A stretch of DNA of 64,000 nucleotides. Origin: a virus. Location of the stretch: UHGV virus genome UHGV-1378817. The stretch is one strand, 5' to 3'. The translations under genes were made by a program, and so were the position numbers. Shown here piece after piece: positions 9,165 to 19,200 of the stretch (positions are counted from its first letter, which is position 1; the number at the start of each line of letters is the position of its first letter). The notes below the pieces were generated by a model that worked only from the letters and a program-made list of their open reading frames with translations, was not told the origin of the DNA and ran no database searches.

Positions 9165-10655
9165 TTAAATAGTTTGTTGGAAAGTTATATTACTTTCGTC
9201 GAGGTCAAACACCTCGGTCATGTTCGCAACAATATCGTTTGTAGTGTAAGCTTCATCAGAAGCTCCTACAGATTTAACTTGAATTACCAGTCTATTAAAT
9301 CTGCCTATTGACACAGCAGCAGATGCAGCACCGACCAATTGGATATTGTACAACGTATCTGCAACATCCAGCCCGTTAACAACCTGCAAAAGAGCCTCTA
9401 CAATGGCATCTTTTTCGGTTGTGGAAAGCGCAGCACCGGAGTAGGTAATTCTTACATCCAGGCGGTAGGTATTTGCCTTGGAGTAATAAATTCTTTCAGT
9501 TTGACCGTCAGATGTAGTGACATCGTAGAAAATATTACCATAAGTCCTGTTCGTACAGGCTATAGTTTGGTAAAGTGCTTGGCAAATGTCCTCCGTTGCA
9601 CCACCAAACACAACCACTTGGAACTTGTAAGGAGGTATACCTTTAGCATCAGTTTTATCAGTGTTGTTGGAGAACACTCTCACTTTCTCAACACCTTTCA
9701 CCTCGCTTACAGCGCTAAGGATTGCAGGACGGGTAGCCTTAGATGTTAACTGTTTTGTGCTGGAAGCTCTTAAGCGATACTCTGAGTCTTTCTCAACATC
9801 CCTGCCTTCATTGAACCTTTCTCGGTTGGTAAGCTTGATAAATCCACTGGGAGTAGGTGACATTGTTGTCACGGTTTCTGCCTCTCTTGACAGCTCACCA
9901 GCCTCGTTAGCGATAACATCCAGTGTGATAGTTCTTTCCCCTACAATCGGGGATACTCTGAAATCTACTCTACTATTAAGTCCAACTTGATCAAGATTCG
10001 AATTGTACCCTATCCACAACGTTCCTGTCAACATATCGATCTGAATCAAATCGTCGTTCAACAGGGTTGTATTATCGACAATGAATTGCTTAATCTCTCC
10101 GTAAAAGCTTGGCAAATCAGAAGAGTCCAGAGACTTATCTGTTAAAACCAGGCTTTTTGTTTTGATACTTCCATCTGTCTGGTTGGTAATTTGAAAGTTG
10201 TATTTACCAATCCTTAGGTCTGGAGCATTTATTCTGTGAGCAATAAGATTCCCTGCTACTTGCACATCGTTGCTAAGAACAAAGTTGCCACTGTCCAGCG
10301 TATAAGTTTTGGAATCATAAATCATATTGTACGGCACAGTTGTGTTGATTGTCAACTGGCAGGTACCTGATGATTTAGAACGGCCTCTTCGGTAAATACC
10401 CTGTCTTCCAAGAAGCTCATCCAGGTAAATACCTTCTGCCCCATACAGCGTCTGTGATGCGTATACAGATGCTGCCATAAGAATAAGTTGATACTCTCGC
10501 TCGTTGAAGATAGTGGTCAGCTTATCTGCAACGGAGTTACTCTGTACGTTGAAGTTTTCGCCAAAAGCACGGATCAGGCTTTGCTTAGTTTCAACGATTA
10601 GGTCATTTAGGGTTGGTATAACGAAACCAGCCTCTGTCAATCCATACTTAGCCAC
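9165..10655 (-). CDS. baseplate-associated structural protein (496 aa)
   Basis: GTG start with GGAGGA 7 nt upstream; large structural ORF directly after a terminator-promoter cassette; function by position only. Confidence 0.45.
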   Translation of the reverse strand: MAKYGLTEAGFVIPTLNDLIVETKQSLIRAFGENFNVQSNSVADKLTTIFNEREYQLILMAASVYASQTLYGAEGIYLDELLGRQGIYRRGRSKSSGTCQLTINTTVPYNMIYDSKTYTLDSGNFVLSNDVQVAGNLIAHRINAPDLRIGKYNFQITNQTDGSIKTKSLVLTDKSLDSSDLPSFYGEIKQFIVDNTTLLNDDLIQIDMLTGTLWIGYNSNLDQVGLNSRVDFRVSPIVGERTITLDVIANEAGELSREAETVTTMSPTPSGFIKLTNRERFNEGRDVEKDSEYRLRASSTKQLTSKATRPAILSAVSEVKGVEKVRVFSNNTDKTDAKGIPPYKFQVVVFGGATEDICQALYQTIACTNRTYGNIFYDVTTSDGQTERIYYSKANTYRLDVRITYSGAALSTTEKDAIVEALLQVVNGLDVADTLYNIQLVGAASAAVSIGRFNRLVIQVKSVGASDEAYTTNDIVANMTEVFDLDESNITFQQTI

Positions 10656-10688
10656 GTCACTCCTCCGGTATGAAAATCTCTACAAGGT

Positions 10689-10717
10689 ATTTTACCAAAT
10701 TTTGTAACAATAGTCAA
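10689..10717 (-). promoter_or_regulatory. candidate promoter TTGACT-17-TGG-TAAAAT
   Basis: Minus strand reads TTGACT ATTGTTACAAAATTTGG TAAAAT; -10 at plus 10689-10694, -35 at plus 10712-10717; TGn extended -10; about 30 nt upstream of the GTG start at 10655. Confidence 0.45.
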
Positions 10718-10723
10718 TCTGAG

Positions 10724-10752
10724 CATAAAAATAAACCCCGCCGAAGCGGGGC
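10724..10752 (-). terminator. intrinsic terminator (UUCG tetraloop hairpin + U tract)
   Basis: Plus CCCCGC-CGAA-GCGGGG (10736-10751); on minus transcript GCCCCGC-UUCG-GCGGGGU then UUUAUUUUUAU; immediately after stop of 10761..14600. Confidence 0.6.
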
Positions 10753-10760
10753 TTTAAAGG

Positions 10761-13700
10761 TTAGTCGTGAGACTCGTTCCAAGGTCCTTGGAAACTAGAG
10801 TTAGAACGGCTTACCACAACAGTAGGACAGGATATTGCGACCCCTGTTACAGAAGACGTTGACCATGGTGTGTAGATTTCAACAACAATATCTATGGTTT
10901 GTTCACCAAGACCCGTTATCCCTACCGCACACATGCCGTTGTTGTCGTTTCCGTACTTCTTACCTGCAAGGATTTGATGTCCGGCTATCCAAACGTTAAG
11001 CTGGGAGCTGGCAAGAGTACCATTCAGTTTAAAGAAGAATGTTACGTTCTTACCCTGACCTGAAACGTTATCTACGTATCTCCACCTCCAACGGCAAACC
11101 CTTTGCTGGGAGTTATATACTGGAGCACAATCTCCGTAAGTCCTGTGTGCAACAATTGCACCTTCGAACTGGTTAGCGCGGATAACAGAAGCTTCTACAC
11201 GACCACGGAAGGTACCTCCGGTTGCATCTATGGTGCCTCTAAAGCTACCATTATTGGCATAAACATCCCCACGGAAGGTACCACTAGTGGCGTTAACTGC
11301 TCCTGTGAAGTTACCAGAACTGGCGTTGATGTTGCCTTTCACCCACACATCCATAAATTGGGCGTGCCCGTTCTTGTTAATATACCAACCGTATTTATGG
11401 TACCCGTTGCCATCGTAGTTGTTTGACGAAATTTCTTGTGCAATCTTGGCAGAGGAGATCGTGCCATTCTCTATAAAAGCGTCTTTCAAGAACGCTTGGT
11501 TGTTCTTGATTGCGAAAGCAAGGGTTGCTGTTCCATTGCCAGGGTTGTATACCGCAAAATTGTTTGCGCTAACCATGAAGTAGGATTGAACTTGGCCTCC
11601 AGACCCTTCCATCCCCAACTGAATACCTGCAACATATTTATTCCCTGCGGAGTCTACCTGTATTTTTGTGCCCCATTGAGCATTTACTTTACCCTCTAAG
11701 TCGGTTACAGCCTTAGATGTTGTAGCTACTGCAGCCCTGATCTCAGACACATCCCCAACATCATCAATGATCTCCTGCTTAGCAACAGCAAGTTCTTGAC
11801 GAATAGCTGACGCTGTGCCGTTGATAAGGTCCACAGTGGCTTTATTGGTATCGGAAATTGTAGCATCCAGCGCTGTTTTTGTGGAGGTCAGTTTTCCATC
11901 CAAAGCATCAATCGCTTGCTTGTTGGTAGAAATCTCCCCACGTGCAGAAGTTATCTGCTCTGACAGTGCAGATGTTTTCTGATTCAACAAGTCAGTGGTG
12001 GCCTTGTTGGTATTGGCAATCAAGGTGTTGAGGTCAGTTTTTGCGGTAGTTATCTTGCCGTCAAGGGTGGTATAGTTTTTAGATACCGTCGCGTTTGTCT
12101 GACTAATCTTTTGATCCAGAGTTTCAGATGTCCTGTTCAAAAGATCCACAGTGGCCTGGTTAGTGCTCAAGATGCTTGCGTCAAGTTCTGTTCTCTGAGT
12201 ATTGATCTTACCATCCAGAGTTTTATCTCCGGCTAAATACCCGCTCTCAACTCCCTCTATCTGCTCTACCAGCTCACCTTTGGCGGCAACCAATTTCTCA
12301 TCTAAAGCCTCTGTCTTTTTGTTCAGAAGATCAGTAGTTGCTTTATTGGTTGTCTCGATTAGAGATGCCAGTCTGCCACTTTCAGTGTTCAGATCGTTGG
12401 TGAATTTGTTCTGTGCAGCAACAAGTTTCCTATCCAGCGCTGTGATATTGCCATTGACATCCTCAAACTTCTGAGTTGTCTCTGTAACTACCGCACCTAT
12501 TCTGTCTCCAAGTTGCTGGAATGCCTCATCTACCCTACCATCCATGTACCTGTTAAGTTCTGTGACACGATTTTCAACCTCTTCAATAGAGGAATCCAAA
12601 GTGCTCATCAACTCTTTATAAGTTTCTGTCTTTTTGAATTCAGCATCTATCTGAGGCATCAAATCCTCAATAGAGGTGTAGCAGCGTGCAGCGCATTCTA
12701 CAAACTGAGAACTACCAAAAGCGTTTGTGGTTCGAATATACCAATAATAAACCTTATCGTTCTGCAGACCTGAAGATGTCCAAGTTGAACCAACACCCAT
12801 ACGGGTGGCGTTCGAAGTAACGGTTGCATCACTGGTGTCGGGCAACCTTGTCATACCAGATGTCCAAAAGTCATACTGGGTGCTAACACTTGCTAAATCC
12901 CTACTATGCGGAATCAAGGTGATAGCAAAGTATCCTTGCTTAACCTCTACAGAAACCGGAGCTTCAGGTGCCTGAATGTTAAACTCACAATACGCTTCTG
13001 GAGATACACCACCTTTATAAGATGTTGCAACCACGGTTGCTGTGTATGACCCTTTTGTCAAACCTTCTACTCTGACAAACTGCTCAACTGTCTGTGCTGT
13101 CCAAACAATCTCTCCGTTCTTTCTTACCTGCACAATATTTTGAGCGTAAGTCCCAACGTTGTCCCAGGCCAAAACACCGTGAGTTACTTCCCCAGCTTGG
13201 AGAACGGAGTATCTGAAGTTTTGCGGCTGAGCTACACCGGACGGGGATATCGGAATATCTACATCGCCGGAATCCGGAAGTTGCCCTGTGGCATCATTCC
13301 ACTCTTTAGCATCTTGACGAAGTTTTACCTTGACACCGCCCTTTTTGGTGAACTCCCATTCAAGAACCCTCATTTCTTGGCCCACTATACCAATACTTGG
13401 GAGATTCATTGTAACGTAACGGCCAGGCTTAAATTTAAAACCTCGCATATTGCAGGTGACTTCAATAATCCTGCCAGCTCTAGCGCGTCTTAAGAAGATT
13501 GCAGAAACACGCTGAGCTTGATAAGGGCTGGTAACAAAGCGATAGTCTATATCGATTATCTTTCTTTCTCCATCCTTCTCTATCCACTCTGGGACAAACA
13601 CTGATGGAAAATCTGTTTCAGAATACCCTTTGGTCGGACTAGTGAATCTGCCAGTTATTGTGTTGGATCTTTTGTCAAATGAGGCTTCAGGATAGATCTT

Positions 13701-14600
13701 AACCTCACCACAGACACAGTCCTCACTCAGTGTCATTGTTGCAGGGCCATAGTATGCACCAACCAGCAAACCATACTTACCAGCAACATAACTAAGATCT
13801 GCACCGCAAGCTTTCAGCATTTCTGCCATAATACTTGCTGGGGCCTCATCCATATCGAACTCACCATTAATGGTGTAACGGCGCTCACTGGTTCCGTCCG
13901 CGTTTCTTACCGCCTCATCGCATATGTTAGCAGCCTCCTTGAAGGACTCCCAGTTGATGGTTTCGTCAGGACATTTAAGGTACGTTCTTAAATAGTCTAG
14001 AATCACCAAGGCCGCGTTATTGGTATACACCTCTTTACTGATACGGGGATCATAGCATTTTTTACCAACCTTGACGAGTGTAACGTTTGGCAACCCAAAA
14101 GGGAACTTGTTAGGGTCAAACCTGAAGCTGGCACGTAGCCAACTGATCCCTCTACCTATCATGTCTGGTGACCACGATGGACAGTGTGTACCCATGAAAG
14201 GATCAGCTGTTTTTCTGTCGTTATGTAGCTCCCACGATACCAAATCCCCATACGAGGAAATAGGATTACCGTCGATGAGTATATCTTCTATACCTTCCAG
14301 AGGGTGATTGGCAAGAACAATAGCACAGTGGAGAGTTCTGTCTCTATCCTGCTCCAAAAACGCAAGCAATCCGGATGTGCGTGTCTTCCCATACACTACA
14401 GAGCAAGGTGCAGCAGAAGATCTGAGAAGCTTTTGTCTATCTTGCTGACTTCTGTAAGATTTGTTGCCCTCAAAAATCTTATCCAAAGTTCTGGTGGTCA
14501 CAGTGTTCAGGCTGTCAGCCAGAGCTGCCTTGGATGCGTTCCAGTCATAACTTGAAGATCTTGCAGAAGCAACGATGTTATCAATCATTGCAATTGGCAT
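10761..14600 (-). CDS. large tail tip / host-specificity-like fibre protein (1279 aa)
   Basis: 1279-aa ORF; N-terminal globular part, central coiled-coil repeats, C-terminal Gly-rich repeats (SGNFTGAVNATSGTFRGDVYANNGSFRGTIDATGGTFRG). Confidence 0.55.
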   Translation of the reverse strand: MPIAMIDNIVASARSSSYDWNASKAALADSLNTVTTRTLDKIFEGNKSYRSQQDRQKLLRSSAAPCSVVYGKTRTSGLLAFLEQDRDRTLHCAIVLANHPLEGIEDILIDGNPISSYGDLVSWELHNDRKTADPFMGTHCPSWSPDMIGRGISWLRASFRFDPNKFPFGLPNVTLVKVGKKCYDPRISKEVYTNNAALVILDYLRTYLKCPDETINWESFKEAANICDEAVRNADGTSERRYTINGEFDMDEAPASIMAEMLKACGADLSYVAGKYGLLVGAYYGPATMTLSEDCVCGEVKIYPEASFDKRSNTITGRFTSPTKGYSETDFPSVFVPEWIEKDGERKIIDIDYRFVTSPYQAQRVSAIFLRRARAGRIIEVTCNMRGFKFKPGRYVTMNLPSIGIVGQEMRVLEWEFTKKGGVKVKLRQDAKEWNDATGQLPDSGDVDIPISPSGVAQPQNFRYSVLQAGEVTHGVLAWDNVGTYAQNIVQVRKNGEIVWTAQTVEQFVRVEGLTKGSYTATVVATSYKGGVSPEAYCEFNIQAPEAPVSVEVKQGYFAITLIPHSRDLASVSTQYDFWTSGMTRLPDTSDATVTSNATRMGVGSTWTSSGLQNDKVYYWYIRTTNAFGSSQFVECAARCYTSIEDLMPQIDAEFKKTETYKELMSTLDSSIEEVENRVTELNRYMDGRVDEAFQQLGDRIGAVVTETTQKFEDVNGNITALDRKLVAAQNKFTNDLNTESGRLASLIETTNKATTDLLNKKTEALDEKLVAAKGELVEQIEGVESGYLAGDKTLDGKINTQRTELDASILSTNQATVDLLNRTSETLDQKISQTNATVSKNYTTLDGKITTAKTDLNTLIANTNKATTDLLNQKTSALSEQITSARGEISTNKQAIDALDGKLTSTKTALDATISDTNKATVDLINGTASAIRQELAVAKQEIIDDVGDVSEIRAAVATTSKAVTDLEGKVNAQWGTKIQVDSAGNKYVAGIQLGMEGSGGQVQSYFMVSANNFAVYNPGNGTATLAFAIKNNQAFLKDAFIENGTISSAKIAQEISSNNYDGNGYHKYGWYINKNGHAQFMDVWVKGNINASSGNFTGAVNATSGTFRGDVYANNGSFRGTIDATGGTFRGRVEASVIRANQFEGAIVAHRTYGDCAPVYNSQQRVCRWRWRYVDNVSGQGKNVTFFFKLNGTLASSQLNVWIAGHQILAGKKYGNDNNGMCAVGITGLGEQTIDIVVEIYTPWSTSSVTGVAISCPTVVVSRSNSSFQGPWNESHD
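11760..12520 (-). repeat. in-frame tandem coiled-coil repeats inside 10761..14600
   Basis: Roughly 50-aa units repeat about 3-4 times (..TNKATTDLLNxKTxALxExI....LDGKxTxxKTxL..); coordinates approximate, placed from the protein sequence. Confidence 0.4.
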
Positions 14601-15037
14601 TAATACCTCCAGACATCAACAACGATAGAATCTTTCATGTCGAACATAAAGACCCCTTTATCACCTTTAGCCAAAATCTGGTTGTTCCAGAACACACCAG
14701 CGGTGAGCCCGTTCAGACCTTCGAAAATGACAATATCTCCACGCTGAACCTGTTTAGGAGTATCCAGCCGAGTCATAAAGAGATCAAAAATAGTAGGCAG
14801 GTGTGTGGTCTTGAAGCGAAGCATGCACCATCTTTTGCTTTCCAACTCTGTTTTATACGTTCCTTCAAAGCTAGAAAGAAAATCTGTTCCGTATTGGGCA
14901 TCAACACACTTAGCTGCAAATGTGCAACAATCGTGGAATCCCCATTCAAAAGGTATGGTGGCCTCTTCGTCAAACACTTTCCACAATCTTTCTTGCCAAT
15001 CCACTAAACGAGGGTGTGTGCTCATTAAACCTCCCAA
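14600..15037 (-). CDS. minor tail protein (145 aa)
   Basis: ORF overlapping neighbours by 1 and 13 nt (coupled); one of three small genes just upstream of the large tip protein. Confidence 0.4.
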   Translation of the reverse strand: MGGLMSTHPRLVDWQERLWKVFDEEATIPFEWGFHDCCTFAAKCVDAQYGTDFLSSFEGTYKTELESKRWCMLRFKTTHLPTIFDLFMTRLDTPKQVQRGDIVIFEGLNGLTAGVFWNNQILAKGDKGVFMFDMKDSIVVDVWRY

Positions 15038-15591
15038 ATGATCGGGCGGCTCGCCACCTGATCCACATATTTAAAAAATCTGTCGTTATCGTTTCTTGAG
15101 CTGTGGCTTTCCTCCGTGTACCGATAAGGAAAACCTCTTAACCAGCTGTTGAAGATGGAAGAGATGGATATGGACAAAGCACTATTCTCCCCTGTCTGAA
15201 TAGCCATATCTGTTATAAGGCCGTCAAACAAGCCATTAGTTGTAACAGGTAGACCATTCTCCATGGCGGTAATGTACAACGTGGCACGACAACCAGAATA
15301 CTCCGTCTTCAGCAGATCACCTACATACTTAGGATCAAACCCGTTCAATGTTGCTACCACAGATCCGAAGTTGGTGGCATCTTTCTCAGACACAGCGGTC
15401 AATGTTGCTGATCCACCTATCCCTATAAAATGTTGCCCCTCAATTACTACAACACCAGTGCCTGAGCACACCCTGACAGTTCCTGTCGGTAGCTCCAGCT
15501 TTGCAGCAATTAAGATCTCAACACCATCAAGCTCCAGCTTTTCAAGAAATAAATTATCTAATGGCGCTCTGATCATCTTAGAAATCCTCAA
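15025..15591 (-). CDS. minor tail protein (188 aa)
   Basis: ORF in coupled array upstream of the tip protein; no diagnostic motif. Confidence 0.4.
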   Translation of the reverse strand: MRISKMIRAPLDNLFLEKLELDGVEILIAAKLELPTGTVRVCSGTGVVVIEGQHFIGIGGSATLTAVSEKDATNFGSVVATLNGFDPKYVGDLLKTEYSGCRATLYITAMENGLPVTTNGLFDGLITDMAIQTGENSALSISISSIFNSWLRGFPYRYTEESHSSRNDNDRFFKYVDQVASRPIIWEV

Positions 15592-16168
15592 AGAAGTTGA
15601 TAACTATATTATCACCTTTTTGCATAGCATCGACTTTTTGCTTAATTTTATAAATATCTCTGATATGAAACCTACCCTTCGGGGATTGAGTTATTATCTT
15701 CATAGTGTCCCCTGCTGCAATAGGTTTTCTAAGTCTTGGAGATATGCTTATAACAGCAGACCCAACACCATCGCTACGCACTGGAGCTGTTACCACTTTC
15801 AATTCATCATTGACAGATATTTTATCCCCAGCTCTGGCTATGTCTCTGTTTGGCTCCCATCCGACCGTCTTCAAAAAATCGTCGTTACCAGTAGGCCCAA
15901 GGGCGATTGGCTCATTAGCTGTTACTGAGTGACCGTAAGTTTTAATGAGAAAAATGTTCCCATCTTTATACACCTGATCAACAAAGCTCTTAAGCTCTAG
16001 CAACTGTGACTCGCTGATATTGGAGACCGTCAAAGTGCCTTTCCAGTTAGGTGTGGCATAGGTTACTTTTTGCGTCTTACCTGTAAACGGACTTTTAAAC
16101 GTAACAATATCTGCCAGCAGCTCCAATCTGATATCTGGAAGGTATCTAGGCCTTTCCCATAAAAACAT
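15578..16168 (-). CDS. minor tail protein (196 aa)
   Basis: ATG with CCTCC-complement SD (GGAGG) upstream; first gene after a terminator-promoter cassette. Confidence 0.4.
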   Translation of the reverse strand: MFLWERPRYLPDIRLELLADIVTFKSPFTGKTQKVTYATPNWKGTLTVSNISESQLLELKSFVDQVYKDGNIFLIKTYGHSVTANEPIALGPTGNDDFLKTVGWEPNRDIARAGDKISVNDELKVVTAPVRSDGVGSAVISISPRLRKPIAAGDTMKIITQSPKGRFHIRDIYKIKQKVDAMQKGDNIVINFFEDF

Positions 16169-16199
16169 TGTGCCTCCAGGTTAAACAATCATGATAGTT

Positions 16200-16228
16200 A
16201 TTTTACCAGATTTTGAGTTAATACGCAA
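16200..16228 (-). promoter_or_regulatory. candidate promoter TTGCGT-17-TGG-TAAAAT
   Basis: Minus strand: -35 TTGCGT (plus 16223-16228), 17-nt spacer, TGG + TAAAAT (plus 16200-16205); shares TGGTAAAATA with three other late-region sites. Confidence 0.4.
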
Positions 16229-16230
16229 TA

Positions 16231-16260
16231 CAAACAAAAAGCCCCCGCCGAAGCGAGGGC
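16231..16260 (-). terminator. intrinsic terminator (UUCG loop)
   Basis: Plus GCCCCCGC-CGAA-GCGAGGGC (one mismatch); minus transcript hairpin followed by UUUUUGUUUG; directly after stop of 16268..20068. Confidence 0.5.
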
Positions 16261-16267
16261 AAAACAG

Positions 16268-19200
16268 TTACTTCAATTTCTCTTGCAATCCAGTAACAAC
16301 CTCTGTCAATTTTTTAACCTGCTCCTCAAGGGCGGTTATTTTATCGTCCTGTTCCCTGCAAACCTGGACAAGCAAGCCTGTTACAGCTGCGTAGTCAACG
16401 TTATAGAACCTTTCCTCAGTCATTAAAGGAATGCCGTCTTGAGTAGGACCTTCTATTTCCTTCCTTTTCACGAAAGATCCTACTGCCTCTGGCAATGCTT
16501 CCATAACCTCTTGAGCAATCACGCCTGCATAAGGCATACCATTCTCTTTCAAGGTGTAGGTATAGCCTTTCATCTTTCTAATTGCTTCCAGAGCGTTAGG
16601 TATGACCTCTATGTTATCCTTCAGGTCCCTATCGGAACTTTGGCTAACAGTAGTACATTCTACCGTGCCGTTGACAGCAAAATATCTTGATTTAGCCTCA
16701 TCTGCCTTAGCGCCACAGTGGAATACCCAGCTGGCGACTGTTGAGTTATCACTTATCTGAAACTCCAGCACATTCTTCCTATCTGCGCCATTACCCCAAT
16801 AGTACAACCTGCCTGTATTAGAAGGCATGTTGGAAGTGTTGGTAACATCCGTCCCACCACCTGTGTGTATTGTGAACTCCGGCTCAAGATTGGATCCTTG
16901 AGTTTTTAAAGTGATACCTTTACCACCAAGCTGCTGCCAATGGCCCCATGTGAAAACACCACCTATCGTTGTTCCGTAACGCAGGAATTTTTCTCCAAGA
17001 TATGTCGTATATTCCTGTACGCAACTCTCTGGAACGTTGGCATAGTTTCTGTAGACAACTAGAGTACCTGCCTGGGAGCATGGGTAGTTTTTATCAAGTG
17101 CGGCTTGAGCATTAGCCTCTTGATGATAAAAACCCTCTCTATCCCCTTTGTAGTCATTAAGGTCATTAGTCCCCAGCCCTTGACCACGGTGCTGAATAAC
17201 CTTGTTCCATGCCCTATGGTTACCACCCTCGATAGACCTGGTGTATAACTGATCAAGGCGACCAGCCATTTGGAAGGCATAGTTTCCAGAAAACGCCACA
17301 GACAGTCCGCCAACAACCATCGAACCTTCAGGTCCGTTGACGTTGCCAGCCATTATTTTGGACGGATTATTATTCCCGAACTGGTTGTTCCAGTCTGCAC
17401 CTGTGTGGCATACAAAACCACCCGGTGCTGAGAAAGTACCATCTTTGTTGAAATTGTAAAATCTGTGAGCAGAACCTACAATATCGCGAACAATAACTTG
17501 ACCAGCCTCTGGAGTAGATCTGAACTCTGCCTGACCTTTGAGACCAGCACCATTACCGCATTTAGAGGTAAACGTACCGTTAGTCAGATCCTCTGTCCCA
17601 TCGGATGCGCACTGGAATCCTGCATTAGAGAATAACGCCTTTCTAGGACTGCCGTAGCACAAATAGTCAAGACCGTCTGCCCATAGCTCGACTTTTGGCA
17701 TATTCATTTTGCTCATCACAGCATAGCGTTCAGCAGTGCCTATATAGTGCCACTGTGTGCCGCCGCCAGTGTAGAACCCTGAAGTACCTTTGAAGTCAAC
17801 AATAGGTCTGGTATTGGTGTTGTTATCTCCAAGAATAGCAAGATTCAAATCTGCTGACTGAAGAGGTGCAACGAACTTAACCCCATCCTGATTGTCTGTT
17901 ACAGCCCCGACCTGGTAATCTTGCTCTCTGGTAAACACTTCGACAACATTTCTACTTGCGTATATGCTGACAGGGAAAGCACGAGCTTCTACATAGAAAG
18001 CAACATACTCTTGTTTACCCCTTGTTGGAGCAACCATCCCAAGAAGTGCTTTTTCATTCTGGTAGAAATTTACTACCCCGTAGAAAGAGTCTCCTCTGTC
18101 TGTCCAGCCACCAGTTCTATAGTGACACTGCAGAGTGGCACAGTTCATAGGATCATTTCCAGATGAAGACCTGGTGACTATAGTAATATCTGTACCTGTC
18201 GAAGGGGCGTAATACGGATCTGTTCTAACGATGATTGGGTAGTATTTCCCATCTTCCATCCCTGCGGTTCTTGGCAGTGTTAAGAAGTCTTTTACACCTG
18301 CTGCTATAGGAACTTTGAACAGATTCTGAGCATCTGCTAAAGTTGTAGCCCCGGTGCCACCTGCGGCTTGAGGTAGAGGTTCCCACTTGGCCTTCCGGTT
18401 GTTATAAACACCCCATTCCAGAGTGCCGTTACCGGATTCGTCCATCCCGCCATCCCAGACAACCATCTTGGCGGCTTTCTTGGACCCCCAGAAGCCTCTT
18501 TCTGCCCCTGAACTACGGATCCACTCTCCAAGTCCCCAGTTTGTCAGCTGACCAGTAAGATCCCCAACCTGCATATATTTAGGACAGTCTAATACACCGT
18601 CTTCGCGGAAACCTAAATATCTATGAGTTTCAGATCCTTTTGCACCTTTGTGCAGGTGGATTGTCAACCAAGCCTTATTGTCGTTTCTTACCTCAGAGTA
18701 GATCCTATATCCATGCTCAAGGACACCGTCAGCGCTGTATTTGTCCCCGTTAACAATACCTGATGCTGACTTAACATCAGCAGAGCTTTGAGACAGGTAA
18801 AGGTGCCCGAAGGTAGGGGTATTTCTAGGCCCAAGACCGATGTGCGATCTAAAGGTATCATCGTTACGAGGTCTGACCATCGGCTGCCATGCAGTCCACT
18901 GGTTTGTGTTGGCCTGATAGGTTCTCAAATACCAAACATCTACGTTAGAGAATGGATAGTATTCCTGACGACAACCTGTACCGCCGTTAGCATTGTTCTG
19001 CCAAACAATCAAGTGACCAGCACCAGAACCTGCAGGGTAACCATTTGCCTCAGTTGCATTAGCAGTCATCGGCTGGTAGTACACACCATCCTGATTACCA
19101 GTCAAGTTATTGATATTGAAATTTGCCTCAAGGGCTGCACGTTGCTTATAGAAAGCCCCTAAGTTAATGCGTGCACCTGCGGCATCTCTGGCACCTGTAC

